Notes: generated by a model from the sequence alone, not told the origin. A DNA stretch of 62,985 bases, filler included, from Rhabdomonas costata (GCA_019059605.1; 57 parts of 57 records of this genome joined end to end with filler, not necessarily neighbours in it); one strand, 5' to 3'. Counted from the whole stretch's first letter, positions 49,981-62,269 are shown. A program made the numbers and translations.

Positions 49981-50673
49981 CTGGCGGACCCACTCCGAGA
50001 GCTCCTCCGGGTCCTCCACGTCCCCTGCTAGGGCTGACCCCACCTCGTCTGCGGAGTGCCGGCGGGTCGCGGGGACCGCCTTGCGGGCGAGCATCAGACT
50101 TTCGGCCACAGTGCTGCCGCTGCGTCGGGACAGAAGGCTGAGCTCCCGGCGCTGTTCCTGAACGAGCACGCAGCATACCCACCTACCCTACCAACAGTCT
50201 CGCCATCTTGGCCACTCCCCACTTCCTATGCCCATTTGGGTGTAGGTGATCTGGTGGTGAGCTGCGAGTTTCTACATAGGCCATGGTATGTGATGTGCTG
50301 GGCAGTGACCGACCCACTCACAGAAACCCCACACCCACCTTCAGACACAGGGCAAAGAGAAATCCGGAATGGAAGATGAGGGGGCTGGAGTAAGAAAGAG
50401 TTTGCCATGAGAAGGCTTGCTGTACCCCTTGATTGCAAGCCCTGGCATGCACTCCCCTCCCCGAGTTGGAGCCAATCCTTTTACATCTTCCGAAACTAAC
50501 TATCGGGTCTAAGAACGCAAGCCAGCACTGCTCTGAACACTCGGTTGCAGACCAGTCCTATAAAAAGAGAAAAGAAAAAACCCACCTCAATCTTCTGGAG
50601 AAGCTCCCGGACGCGCTGCTGCGCTGACACAGGGGGCTTCGTATTCACGGTGCCAGTCCAGATCATGTCATAT
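49981..50673 (-). CDS. Coiled-coil protein, exons 50586-50673 and 49981-50157
   Basis: QQRVRELLQKIE|EQRRELSLLSRR joined at a phase-0 GT-AG junction. Confidence 0.55.
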
Positions 50674-50939
50674 CTTTGGGTCACAAATAAGCAGAGAAGC
50701 CGTTTCAAAGTTTAACAGAAAAAAGACAGAAAGAAAATCGACAGCGCGAGCGACGTTCGATCTTCAAATGAACCCAAAGTGATCCGCTGGAATGTATGCC
50801 TACCGCAACAACCACAAANNNNNNNNNNNNNNNNNNNNNNNNNNNNNNNNNNNNNNNNNNNNTTAATTAATTAANNNNNNNNNNNNNNNNNNNNNNNNNN
50901 NNNNNNNNNNNNNNNNNNGTGTTTGGTGTGTTTGGTGGT

Positions 50940-51917
50940 GTGTGGGGGTGGCCGTGGTGGGCCTGGAGGCCGGGACACCGAGCTGCGCACCCAGGACGAC
51001 TTCGACGTGAGGACCGTCGCCAAGATCAACATCCTGGACCATCGCGGCAGGCTCACGGCACGTCCCCCACCCACCGACCCACCCACTTGACCCTAACATA
51101 GCCTCCATTTCCTCTTGCGTCTCATCTGCTTTAACGTTAAAAAAAAATTCGGGCTTTTTCATTACACCACGCCTCAATCACGCACCTCACCCGTGCATAG
51201 ATTCAAGAAGGCAGAAGGAGTGTCCGCTCACACAAGGAAGCGGGACATCCTTTCCAGAGGCCGAAAACTACAACGCGGAGAGTTTAGTTATGAAAGCCAT
51301 AAAAAGCAGAACTCTGCACTGCAAACAATTCAACTCGGTCTCCATTGGCAGCGAAATTACGGTGGATTTCCAAACGAAGCATCGCAAGTGCTCAGGTGTC
51401 GGCAACGAGGGAATCCGTATTTTATATTGGTTTGGGGTACTTTTTGGACGGACAGTGTCTTCCCTGGGCTGCCTTCTCTCAGGAGCTCTGCGGGACTCAG
51501 GATGGATCGCGGCAACTGCAGGCCCGTCTCAGCTCCCCCGAGTGTTCGGAGGAGGAGAAGCAACTGTTGTACGAGGAGGCTCGTGCTCTTGCCGGCTTTG
51601 CATTCCGCCCCCCTTCGACCATTACACTTGCCATGTTGCTAGGACCAGAGATTCCAAATTATACATTCACCAGGTGCGACATAAAGTCAATCAACAGCTT
51701 GATTGATTGCTCTTCGGCCGCTTTGAGGTGTATGCATCCACCCTTGCTTGTGCGCTTTTCTGCATTCCCATCTCGTCCTCGCTGTCGCATCCATTGCCAT
51801 CGTTGACCTTAGGTCCTTCCCACGATCCGGACCCACATGGAGGACAAGTACGGCAACTACGTTGTGCAGAAGATGCTCCTGCACGGCACCCGAGAGCAGG
51901 TCAAGGGGATCGCCGAG
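50940..51917 (+). CDS. Pumilio/PUF RNA-binding protein, repeats 1-2; exons ending 51057, 51483-51578, 51813-51917
   Basis: GRLT|ELCGTQDGSRQLQARL...EEKQLLYEE|VLPTIRTHMEDKYGNYVVQKMLLHGTREQ follows PUM-HD repeats 1-2 (SR..Q, NY..Q); both introns are GC-AG. Confidence 0.92.
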
Positions 51918-52503
51918 GTACACTNNNNNNNNNNNNNNNNNNNNNNNNNNNNNNNNNNNNNNNNNNNNTTAATTAATTAANNNNNNNNNNNNNNNNNNNN
52001 NNNNNNNNNNNNNNNNNNNNNNNNGGGGGTGGTGGGGTGAGGCATTAGAAAGGTAAAACCTACCGAAGTATACAAATCGGAACCCAGGTAGTGGAGGCAT
52101 TTGCATTTGGAGGATGACAAGAGTGGCCAAAAAAAAGCTCATCTGTGCATGGATAAAAGACGGTGTGACCGGGTGCCTCGGATTGTGTGTAGCAGCGCTG
52201 TCAGGGTGATTTTCATTCCATATGGCCCTGGGCTCCACGGCGGAGTGTTTAGCGGGATGCTAACGCGTCACAATGCTTGCTTGTATGGAACACGCCTCCA
52301 TTGCTGAACCACTGTGTGGGTTTGCGCTGCGAAAACATAATGATTGGGCGGCATCCATAGAGACGACTTGCATCATGTGACTTTGGTATGATCGTGACGT
52401 GAGTCGCCCTCTAACCCCTCCGTAACCTTGATAGCAACTCAGGCCAAGAGTCATAAGCACACAACATCCCATCCTTGCACGGATGCACGCAATGCACACA
52501 CAC

Positions 52504-52713
52504 CACAGCGCAAGCCTCTCCTCGAGGGCCCTCAGGTGCTCTTGCCTCTGCAACACTTCCTCGGCCTGAGCGCGCCACCCCTCCTGGGCCTGGGCCAGGG
52601 CCTCCTGCTGCGCCACCAAGAGGTCGGCCCGGTCCTGCAGCATGGCCTGCTGCTGCAGAAGCTGGTGCTCCCGCAGCCCAAGCTCAGACTGCAGCTGCAC
52701 AACCTCGTGCTCC
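52504..52713 (-). CDS. Gln/Glu/Leu-rich coiled-coil exon
   Basis: EHEVVQLQSELGLREHQLLQQQAMLQ...LEERLAL bounded by gcag| and |gtgtgt. Confidence 0.6.
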
Positions 52714-53392
52714 CTGCGCCCAAATGAACAACCCAACAGCTCACTATTCTTCTTCTTCCAAACGCAAGGGTTTGCACCATGCAACAACACCCACCATTCA
52801 GATCACTCTGTTCAGGTGAGAGCCGGATTCCTGGTTCCAGCCCTTCCGGAAACCAAGAACGCCAGAGGGAGGAAAGTTTTGCTGAAAGAAGTTATCCGGT
52901 GATAGACGGGAACTGCGGCACCCGTTCTGCGCTTCACGGTTTCTTTGGTGAGCAGGCAGGTGGCATATTAGGAAAGGGATCAGCGGATGATTGCAACCCG
53001 TTTCATGTTGCTTGCCAGATAAACACCAACNNNNNNNNNNNNNNNNNNNNNNNNNNNNNNNNNNNNNNNNNNNNTTAATTAATTAANNNNNNNNNNNNNN
53101 NNNNNNNNNNNNNNNNNNNNNNNNNNNNNNGTGATCACAGTCGACATTCAGAAACTTTCAGTCACTTCAGAGACATGTGCGGACTTTTTTTTTGAAGGAG
53201 AGCAGGGCAGTCGGAAAATGGGAAAAGCGGAAGTGGAAAAGCGCGGAAAGCAAGGGGTGTTTCACACCGATTTCACTCTGGAGGGTAAAATGGCCCGCCT
53301 CCAGCCTCCAACAGGCTGTACCCAACAATGCATTGTCGTGGACACAAATTAATTTTTTCTCTCTCACCCTCACACTTGCGCGTATTGCACAG

Positions 53393-53854
53393 AGTGCCAG
53401 CCGCCCATCCCTGTGTGCACGGTGAACATTGGGCCGGTGCACAAGAAGGACGTCGTGAAGTGCCGCACCATGCTGGAGACCAAGTCTCCGGAGTACGCCG
53501 TGATCCTGGGTCCGTGTCTTGCCCCCGTCCATTCCTCCTACCCCAACCCTTCACGCCATTCTGTCAGTGCCGTCATTTTGAGTCACGATTTATCTTACGT
53601 TTGCTATGTTGTTGCCTCTGGTGTATGTCTGTGGTGATGTCTCTTTGATGACTGCTTTTGCTGTGTCAGCGGAACTACCGCCTTCCGACTTATTTTCTTT
53701 CCCTTTCTGCGGTCTTGTACGCTTCCTGGGCTTCTCAGCATTCGATGTTCAAGTCTCGCGAGACATCTTGGAATTTGCGGACAAGGAGGGCGTGCGGATC
53801 TTTCAGGCAGATATCATCTACCACCTCTTTGACATGTTCACCGCATACATCAAG
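53393..53854 (+). CDS. EIF5B: Translation initiation factor eIF5B (domain III); exons 53393-53509 and 53739-53854
   Basis: IPVCTVNIGPVHKKDVVK...EYAVILA|FDVQV...GVRIFQADIIYHLFD. Confidence 0.95.
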
Positions 53855-54236
53855 GTCATTGGAGGGACCTCCCGTCTTTTCCTCTTCTGTCTGCCCCCCT
53901 CCAAAAAAAAAGCAGGACGTCCCAGCTCTTACCAGCTGGGTTTTGGTACTGTCAGCTTTCTAATGTGCCCGCATACACCCTGCCCTAATTTTGGATTACT
54001 TCAAAGAATTGTGGCTGGCCGGTAAGTGCTAAAACGGGATTCCGGACGAGGGGGGGAGGGGGCTGTAAATATTTGCAAACCCAACCTCCTGTCCAATTTC
54101 GGAACCCCCCGCCCAACCCACCGCCTCCCAAAACCANNNNNNNNNNNNNNNNNNNNNNNNNNNNNNNNNNNNNNNNNNNNTTAATTAATTAANNNNNNNN
54201 NNNNNNNNNNNNNNNNNNNNNNNNNNNNNNNNNNNN

Positions 54237-55242
54237 GTGGGTTGTTGTCGTCGGGGCCCGTTACAGTGAGCCTGTTGCTTTTCATTGTCACTTTGTACTC
54301 TCCTGCTTTAGAGTCCGAGGAAGTCAGCACCGCTGAGCTCAAAGTCGTCGAAAGAGACCCGTCTCGCAAATGGAATCCCACCTGGATGTGAGCATTTGTT
54401 CCATTGTTTTTGAAGGAGAAAGCCTTGCACCGCACGGGGACTCTTAGAAAGACAATTTTTGGTCCATCCACACTCAAACTCGCACGGTGGCCAATCACTT
54501 TTATGTTTGAGTCACACCCAGAGAGATCGAAACTTGCACTTGCCACTGGTGTTTCGTCCTCGGCAGCACTTCCTGAGTGGAATGACAAAACTCGCAGAGA
54601 TGTGCAGCACCAATTTGCACACACGAGACTCCCTTCTTGATTGACAAGACTGACAACAAAAAAGTGCCTAACGTTTTGCTCTTCGGCTGGAATCGTCGAA
54701 GAATAATGCTCTTTCCCATCGTGGAGATATCGCACTTTCCCGTGACAGATGTTTACACTCAGCCGACTTCCAGCAAGGAGCGTTTCCAACGGAACGAACT
54801 TGGAGGCAAAGGGTGCAGCAAGGTCAATGTCAAGGTTCTCTTCAGTGACAACCCCAATCCAAAGCAGTGCGCCGATGTGATCGACACGGTCTGCAATAAG
54901 ATCAATAACGCTTTCCGAGTTGGGATCGAAAGAGTGACCAAATACCGCAGTCGAGATGAGAAACTGCCCTACCCAGCACAGTCTTTGCCCGTTACCTTGA
55001 ATAAGATCCTGGTCAACGGTGAAGTCAGTGTTGACAAATCCGGCCTTGATTTCGGATGGGTGTTGTGTGACCTGGCAAATTTTTTCGAGAAATCCAAACT
55101 CCCCTTTCCATTCCAGGTCCTCAATGCAGCCGGAAGTAGCTTCTTTCGCTTTGCCTTTGCATTGTCCTGGGGGATGAAGCAAACGCTTAACATCGTAATA
55201 GAACCGTTCACCTCCAAATCGAACGTGGGCGACGCCCCCATC
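54237..55242 (-). CDS. Intronless open frame across the whole contig; beta-rich, SPRY/concanavalin-like segments (tentative)
   Basis: No stop in about 335 codons; segments LWIGVVTEE, GSRLSVNICHGKVRYLHDGKEHY and IQVGFH. Confidence 0.55.
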
Positions 55243-55569
55243 NNNNNNNNNNNNNNNNNNNNNNNNNNNNNNNNNNNNNNNNNNNNTTAATTAATTAANN
55301 NNNNNNNNNNNNNNNNNNNNNNNNNNNNNNNNNNNNNNNNNNTTTGGAGTTATAAAAAGTATTATTGTAAATCGGGAGAGCATTTTTGACCACCGGTCAT
55401 CAGAGGCAAGCAAAAACAGAGATACTTTTGCTCTGAAAATATTAACAAGAGAACCCTGGCTTTATCGGGGCAGTTGATGGCAAATTCGTTCAGTGCACAG
55501 AGATGAAGCGTGTGACAAAAAGGCACAACGTATTTTCACAGGATGGGCACCCACCCCATATTCTCACAC

Positions 55570-55662
55570 CGCTTCCCGGGAGGGTCCCCACAGCATCATA
55601 GAGAAGGCGAAGATGCACGCCTCGACCGAGAGCCTCTTTTGGGGGTCAGGGTGCAGCATCCC
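55570..55662 (-). CDS. Protein kinase C-lobe exon (subdomain XI)
   Basis: GMLHPDPQKRLSVEACIFAFSMMLWGP contains the L..DP..R motif; the upstream exons could not be resolved. Confidence 0.6.
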
Positions 55663-57024
55663 CTGTTGCATACCAAAAGCAATACCAACCTTTCCACCAA
55701 AAAAAAGAACGGCAGGAACAAGGACGGGAGGAATAAGGGCTGCAAATGAAAAAGAAGGCAGAATAGCTTGCAAAAACCTTCCTTGCGATGCATTGCTTTC
55801 ATGGCTTAATACAAAAAACCCCGGGCCCAAAGTCTGAGACAGCGGTTACCCAAGTTGCCTTCTCCCTAAACGACAACGCGCCCAATCATAAAACTCTCAG
55901 CAAATACCTTCCATCCCCCCCCCGCACAGGAATCAGGTAGTATCTTCCAATCACGACGGGGGCAGAAGGTAAAGGGCGATCAACGAGAGGATCCACGCAC
56001 CTGGAAAGGACGTGCAGCCCCTTCAACACGCACAGGATCACCCACATCACAAACCTGTGTTTGTTGTGCAGGTTCAGCGCGGGTAGCTCCCAAAAAAACG
56101 TGATCTGAGTCCAAAGAGTTCGAATAGTACCATGCCACACTCACCCACCAGAAAGGCCCTCAGGTATTGCTACGAGCTGCAAGGTCTCAAAAACAGATAT
56201 CGTGACCGCGAAAACATTCCATGGACGGAACAAAAAAACGCACACGAAAACACGAACAATGCGTGTGTGTTAGGTTGACCACAAATGCCCAGCGGCGTCC
56301 CACCCGCACGCACACCTCGGGGGCAACTCGTACTGCTTCAGCGCAATCNNNNNNNNNNNNNNNNNNNNNNNNNNNNNNNNNNNNNNNNNNNNTTAATTAA
56401 TTAANNNNNNNNNNNNNNNNNNNNNNNNNNNNNNNNNNNNNNNNNNNNATTCGGGGCACTTGGCCTTGAGTTGAGCCCTTCCTGGCCCAACTTTTCTTAC
56501 TGTGGGTTGCGCTGGAGCGCCTGCCACATAAAACCACAGATAGCCTTCGTTTCGTGCTCTTTATATTCAGAACCTATATTCTTTTAAATTGAAAACCCTG
56601 TAGTTGCTATTGGAATGCGTTAGATGCGAAACTGGGGTTGAAATATCGTGGCTAACGCGACTGTGGCTCAATCTCCTGGGGTAAGAAAAGAGCGCGACAA
56701 AGGTTGCATGGAGAATAGCAAGTCCTAATTAGATACAGCACTGGCGTGAAGCTGGCCTCGCTAAATGAATCGTGTTCGGTGTTCTGGTTTTGTTTGTTTT
56801 TATTTTCTGTTGTACAGCCAGCACCGGCGGAACTCGGGGAGGAACAGAAACCGATTCTAAGTGGAGCGATGCGCTCTGACATGATTGCTGCTGCTGGACT
56901 GTCCAAGTGTCGTGACTTGCACCGCAAGCAAATGGGTTTTGAACGTATTGCTTGTTGCGACTCTTCTGTGTTTGGGTTGGTTGGATTTTTGTCCTTGTAT
57001 TATCTCACGTGTATTTCTCTTTAG

Positions 57025-57188
57025 ATCTCTCCGAAAAGTCGGGCCCATTTCACCGCTGCGTGGAGGAGTATCAGCAAAGCATTGGAAGTTGGGTAACTGC
57101 CGAGAGCCCCTCCGGAGATGTTTATTGGTTTGACAGGAAGCTGAACACACAGTGGCAGCGGCCGGAGCCAATTCATACGGACATCAAG
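57025..57188 (+). CDS. WW-domain exon
   Basis: WVTAESPSGDVYWFDRKLNTQWQRP has the W...G..Y.F....TQW.RP pattern. Confidence 0.75.
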
Positions 57189-58818
57189 GTCATCATCTCT
57201 CCGCCTCGGAGCTAAAGTGCAGCAGAGAGAAACGACAGCATTCAGTCCTGTATATCTGAATATGCAAAAGACCTGCTTGGGCTTTGCCCCTTATTCCGTG
57301 TTGTTGTGGGGGAAAGAGCACCTACTTCAGGGCTGGGAAAAAAGTGCAACTCTTTTTCTGCATTTTTTTTTGGAGAAAGAAGAAAGAACGGCACAGGCAC
57401 GGGAGCACCAAACAACCAATTTACATGCGTTCAAAGTGTCAGTGACAAACCACCNNNNNNNNNNNNNNNNNNNNNNNNNNNNNNNNNNNNNNNNNNNNTT
57501 AATTAATTAANNNNNNNNNNNNNNNNNNNNNNNNNNNNNNNNNNNNNNNNNNNNGTCGTTCTCGGCGGTGCCGTCCGACTCGGGCTCTCTCACCACAAGG
57601 TACCGCACCCGCTTCAGCGCCTTCGTAGTGGGAAAGTGAAGAGGAAGAGGACAGAAAAAGAAGCAGGCAGGCTCACCGGTTTTTTAACCCCATTATCCTC
57701 TCCTTGGGTCCTTGGGGGGGGGGGGCGGGGAGGATCGAAGCGGGCATCCTTCTTTGCCCAAACCTCGTAAAACGATAAAACTTAATCGAGCAGCCAAGCT
57801 ATTTGGCTGCTTTTATCCCCTTGAAAAACAATCTCGAACCTTTGAGGTGAGTTGACTGCTCTTCTCCAGCATTTTGGTGAAAGGGTGAGCCGAGGAAAAA
57901 CCTCACAGCAAACACTAAACGACAACGATATCATTGGTTCCCTCCGCACATCCCTCCGCACAAAAGGGACGGGTCGTTCATATATGTACACTTGCGCTTC
58001 CTCAGACACTGTCATAATAATCTTGTCGGAGGTCAGAGGGCGGTGCATGTTTTTTGTGGGGGTCTAGAAGTTCCACGAGGCGTTGGACAGCAATGCACAG
58101 ACGGGGAGGTCTGGGGGTTCCCACAGCAGCTTCACTCAATTTTGGAAGCTGCTCAAATGTGCAGAAGTGCTGCAACGTGAGGATGCTGTAAAGTGAAATA
58201 CCCCCTACCCAAAAAAAGGACGACTGAACCTTGAACGCGCTTTACGCACTTGTCTGTTAAAGAAGGGGGGGGGGGGCATTTTGAAAACTGAGGAAAGGGG
58301 AAGAGCCATCCCCCCCCATGCTCAACTTCACGGCCCACAGCTGTCTTGGATGGTCGTTCTGGCACAGCTATTGTTTCGGACACCCTTTCCACCACTCCTC
58401 GAGCCTGACTGCACGGGTCACGACTTCGTCACAACCCTTCAATTAACGAGATATGACCTTCCAGATAGATTTACGATCTGTAAAGGTGCAAAAGTTGATC
58501 CTATAAAGCCGACACCGACACCGGTACCCGCAATTTTCACATAACTTGTTCCAAAACAACNNNNNNNNNNNNNNNNNNNNNNNNNNNNNNNNNNNNNNNN
58601 NNNNTTAATTAATTAANNNNNNNNNNNNNNNNNNNNNNNNNNNNNNNNNNNNNNNNNNNNGGTGGGTTGGGGTCAAGTACATTTGTGAATCCGGCTGTGG
58701 TTCCCCGCTTTTCTTTTCTACCCACACCGCCCACAAAACATCTCACAAGTTCAAGCCAAAAAGCTGTTATTACTGGACAGTGAAATTTTGAAACTGAAAC
58801 CTGTCCCTTACCACTTGC

Positions 58819-59657
58819 CACATACTGGGTGGTGTCATTGTCATGCTTGGACGCGACTCGAACACTGTCCGAGACCAAAAAGACCTGAGCGAGTGAGCGG
58901 GAGAGAAAGGAAGAGAAAGGTGCAGACTGCGTCTAAATGTGGAGGGCCAAATTGTTGCGAAACGTCGCCCGAAATGTTTGTTGGACGGTTGCTCTTGAAA
59001 CAGTTCTCCGGTGCTTTTTGGAAAAAGGGCATGCATACCGAGTAGAAGCCAACACCAAACTGGCCAATCATGTTCATCGCGGTCGGGGAGCCCTCCGATG
59101 AGCTCATCTGCTCCAAAAACTCTGAAGAAGAAGGGGTAAGAATGGCGTGGTCGGGGGTTGTTCGTCTGAGAGGGGGCGCAGATGATAAGGCAAAATACTT
59201 TTGGTTCCGGAGGTTCCCAGGCTTCCCAGGTGAGCGATCAGGTCCTCCTTTGTCATTCCGATGCCGCCGTCTGTGAGCGTCAGGGTACGTTTTTCTCGGT
59301 TGGTTTTTACCCGAATGTCCAGTGTTGGTGCTTCGCCATCCTTGTTCTTCGGCTCTTGGGGAGCAGTGAGGTACAGGAATCTAATTTTATCGATGGCCTG
59401 AAAAGAAAAACACAAGAAAGAACAAATTGTAAAGGTAAAACAAAACAAAGGGATACCCAACAAGAACAATCAGACATACATCCGAGGCGTTCGAAATGAG
59501 CTCTCTCAGGAAAATGTTACGGTTGGTGTACAGACTGTGGATGATGATGTCCAACATCTTGGAAACATCACTCTGGAAAGGAAAGGTCTCCTTGGCCACA
59601 TCGACGGACAGTGCCACCAAAAACACCGTCGCCGTCAACGCCAGATATCTCAGTAAT
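58819..59657 (-). CDS. HSP90B1: ER Hsp90 (GRP94/endoplasmin), N-terminal part; exons 59480-contig end, 59199-59397, 59039-59121, 58819-58884
   Basis: Hydrophobic signal-like segment, then [17 protein letters not shown]...[17 protein letters not shown]...DGGIGMTK...GTK|KFLE...[24 protein letters not shown]; all junctions are in phase. Confidence 0.93.
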
Positions 59658-59792
59658 ACCCAACACCNNNNNNNNNNNNNNNNNNNNNNNNNNNNNNNNN
59701 NNNNNNNNNNNTTAATTAATTAANNNNNNNNNNNNNNNNNNNNNNNNNNNNNNNNNNNNNNNNNNNNAGCTCCATCCATTACCCGCCTGTAG

Positions 59793-60664
59793 GTTGCCGC
59801 GTGCGCGCGGCTGGAGCAGCGACGTGACCTCAACCTGCTGGGGAGCGAGGCTCTGGAGGGCCACAGGAAGCTCGCCGCGGAGCTGGGCCACCAATTCGCG
59901 GAGCTGTCCGGGGCGATCGAGTTCGTGCTACAGCAGGAGAAGGCCAACCCCAGGGTGCTCATCAATGAGGTTGGATCCTCACCCATCCATTTCATCCCCC
60001 CGGTTTTGTGCTGTTGTATTTGGCTGCTCTCGGCAACTTCCGTTCTGACAACCACCCCCTCGGTCTCCCTTCTCACTTGACTTCTTTGTTTAGCAAGTTA
60101 CACCATTAACTCAGAACACATGCTTCTTAGCTTCAGTAACATGAAAACGTTTGAAACGTGTCCTGTGTATTCATACCAGCCTAGCGGCATTTTGTGACAT
60201 TCCCAGGAATTCAATCGGAAACCCGTCGCATAATAAAATCTAAGTTTCGGGATGTAACTGACCTTATGTTGTTGGCTACACTCTAAACAACCAGTCACGC
60301 TGAACTTCGTTTTTATGCCTTGCAGCTTCTGCGAACTGAAGGTTCTGTGAACTTCCTGTAGCCCTTTCGACTGCCCCTCCCACGTTGTTTGGATGGAGCA
60401 TTCGGCATATAATCTTAACACTTTCTCTCTCCTCTCTTGAAAACCTGGAAGTGCGACTCTCTCTGTATCCTAAACTGGAGGAGACCCCGGAAACGTATTT
60501 TATTGAGGTCTTTTCTTTCTCGCATTTGACAATCTGACACATTATTTTCTGATGGATTCAGGTGGAATTTGGCGTTTTAACTCACACCTTGGGAAACATC
60601 AGAGTTGACCTTGGCCATGCCCTGAGGCGAGAGAAGCTGCAGCAGTTCCTCTTCCTCCCTGCTC
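59793..60664 (+). CDS. Helical protein, exons 59793-59969 and 60562-about 60664
   Basis: ...EKANPRVLINE|VEFGVLTHTLGNIRVDLGHALRREKLQQ in phase 0; the intron contains the MITE-like copy 2. Confidence 0.5.
60097..60258. mobile_element. MITE-like dispersed repeat, copy 2
   Basis: Shares blocks AACTCAGAACAC, CATGAAAACGTTT, CATACCAGCCTAGCGGCATTTT and TTCCCAGGA with 12670-12825. Confidence 0.75.
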
Positions 60665-60875
60665 AGTGCTCGCCCGATGCTTGCGGCAAAAATCTCTTCA
60701 AGAACCATATTTTGTGAAACAACAACAGAAAGGGTTGAAAAAAAACGCTGCGGTGAAAAAACCCACCACCACANNNNNNNNNNNNNNNNNNNNNNNNNNN
60801 NNNNNNNNNNNNNNNNNTTAATTAATTAANNNNNNNNNNNNNNNNNNNNNNNNNNNNNNNNNNNNNNNNNNNNGC

Positions 60876-61064
60876 CGGCTGAAGCTGCGCTGGTGCGGTG
60901 ACAATAACCCACCTCGGAGTCTGGGGTGGGAGGAGGAGGAGGAGGAGGAGGGCGTAATGCCGGATTGGTCCACAGGGTCTTCCAAGAACCCCAGCGAGCT
61001 GGACGTCGGTCTGGCCTCAGGAGGTGCCCGGAAAGCTGCGGAGGACGAGTTCGACTTCATGTGA
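60876..61064 (+). CDS. Acidic terminal exon of an unidentified protein (...AAEDEFDFM*)
   Basis: Open frame with poly-Glu ending in TGA; no family recognised. Confidence 0.45.
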   Translation, partial: RLKLRWCGDNNPPRSLGWEEEEEEEGVMPDWSTGSSKNPSELDVGLASGGARKAAEDEFDFM

Positions 61065-62100
61065 GCACGCTGTGTCCTCTTGGTTCTGGGTGTACAGTGC
61101 GTCATTGGGACATTCAGTGGGGGCAGAGGGCGGTCCGTGGCCGTGGTTTCCACCCACCCCTCCGACTGGCTCTGCTCATGTGTGGGTTTGGCGGACACTC
61201 GCGCAGTGCTTTGGTGGGACAAAACTCATCACGTTTTTGGGCTACGCGTCTTTTGCGGTGGGGGTTGGAGCTCAAATATGGTTGAATGAGGGTCACCTGA
61301 CGATTTTTATGACGCGGAGATTCAGGTCACTTGCAGGAGAAGTCTTTGTGCCGTTAGCGGGCATGACACGGCACAGCACCAAAGGACCAAATTGCTTCAG
61401 CAAGCGCGCTTGCTCGCAGCACACATGAAGCAAGATCATGATGGAGTAGTACAACTCTTTCCACGACTTCACTGGATAGGCTTGACTTCAGGGCATATGC
61501 TTCGCCGCATGAGCCATGCTGATCTGCCCTTTTTTTTTCATCCTCTAGGGCGTTGAGTTCGTGCCATCTTCACGCGTTTGCTGCTTCGGCCACGCAAATT
61601 TTCAGCAGGTTTTTGCTCTTCAAATGTTTTACCAACACCCTATAGCACCCAATCAACGTACACAAGGTTACCAGGAGTATATATGCACAACCCTCGGGGT
61701 CAATTGGACTGTGAGCTTCCTTCTAGGACTTTGAGAGCCGATCCCCACCCCAGAGATTGTGGTTCCCCCATCTCCGAGGCAGGAAACCTTGCAAGGATAT
61801 GCATAATGTCATGAGCCTCCTGAACAATACGATAGCTCGGTCAGCAGGCACAATCGTCAGTGTGCAGCAACCCAAAAACNNNNNNNNNNNNNNNNNNNNN
61901 NNNNNNNNNNNNNNNNNNNNNNNTTAATTAATTAANNNNNNNNNNNNNNNNNNNNNNNNNNNNNNNNNNNNNNNNNNNNGCGTAGTGTGTAGTGTATGGT
62001 GTGTGTCAGGGTTCCTGTTGGTGCGATGCGTTTGTCTCAACCATGCTCACTTCTACCATGCTCACTGTTGTTGTGTCGGAGGGTGTGTTGGCTGTTACGG

Positions 62101-62207
62101 TTGGAGAGAAAGCAGCGAGACAGCGAGTGAATTTCAGCCCATTTAGTCAGCATCCCTGTAACGAAATGGGCTGAAATTCACTCGCTGTCTCGCTGCTTTC
62201 TCTCCAA
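62101..62207. repeat. 44-bp perfect inverted repeat with a 19-nt loop
   Basis: 62101-62144 is the exact reverse complement of 62164-62207. Confidence 0.9.
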
Positions 62208-62269
62208 TCGTTCGCCGTTCCCATTCCCTTTTTTTTAGCGTTGGTAGAAACTCCTCTCCCTCGTCGTCT

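Noticed and set aside
54637..55242. 217-aa + strand ORF as an overlapping antisense gene
   Set aside because: It is in the same codon register as the longer - strand ORF, which is the usual shadow-frame effect.
1052..61935. Regularly spaced TTAATTAATTAA as a CRISPR-like or biological repeat
   Set aside because: Always flanked by exactly 44 N on each side; it is a synthetic six-frame stop linker.
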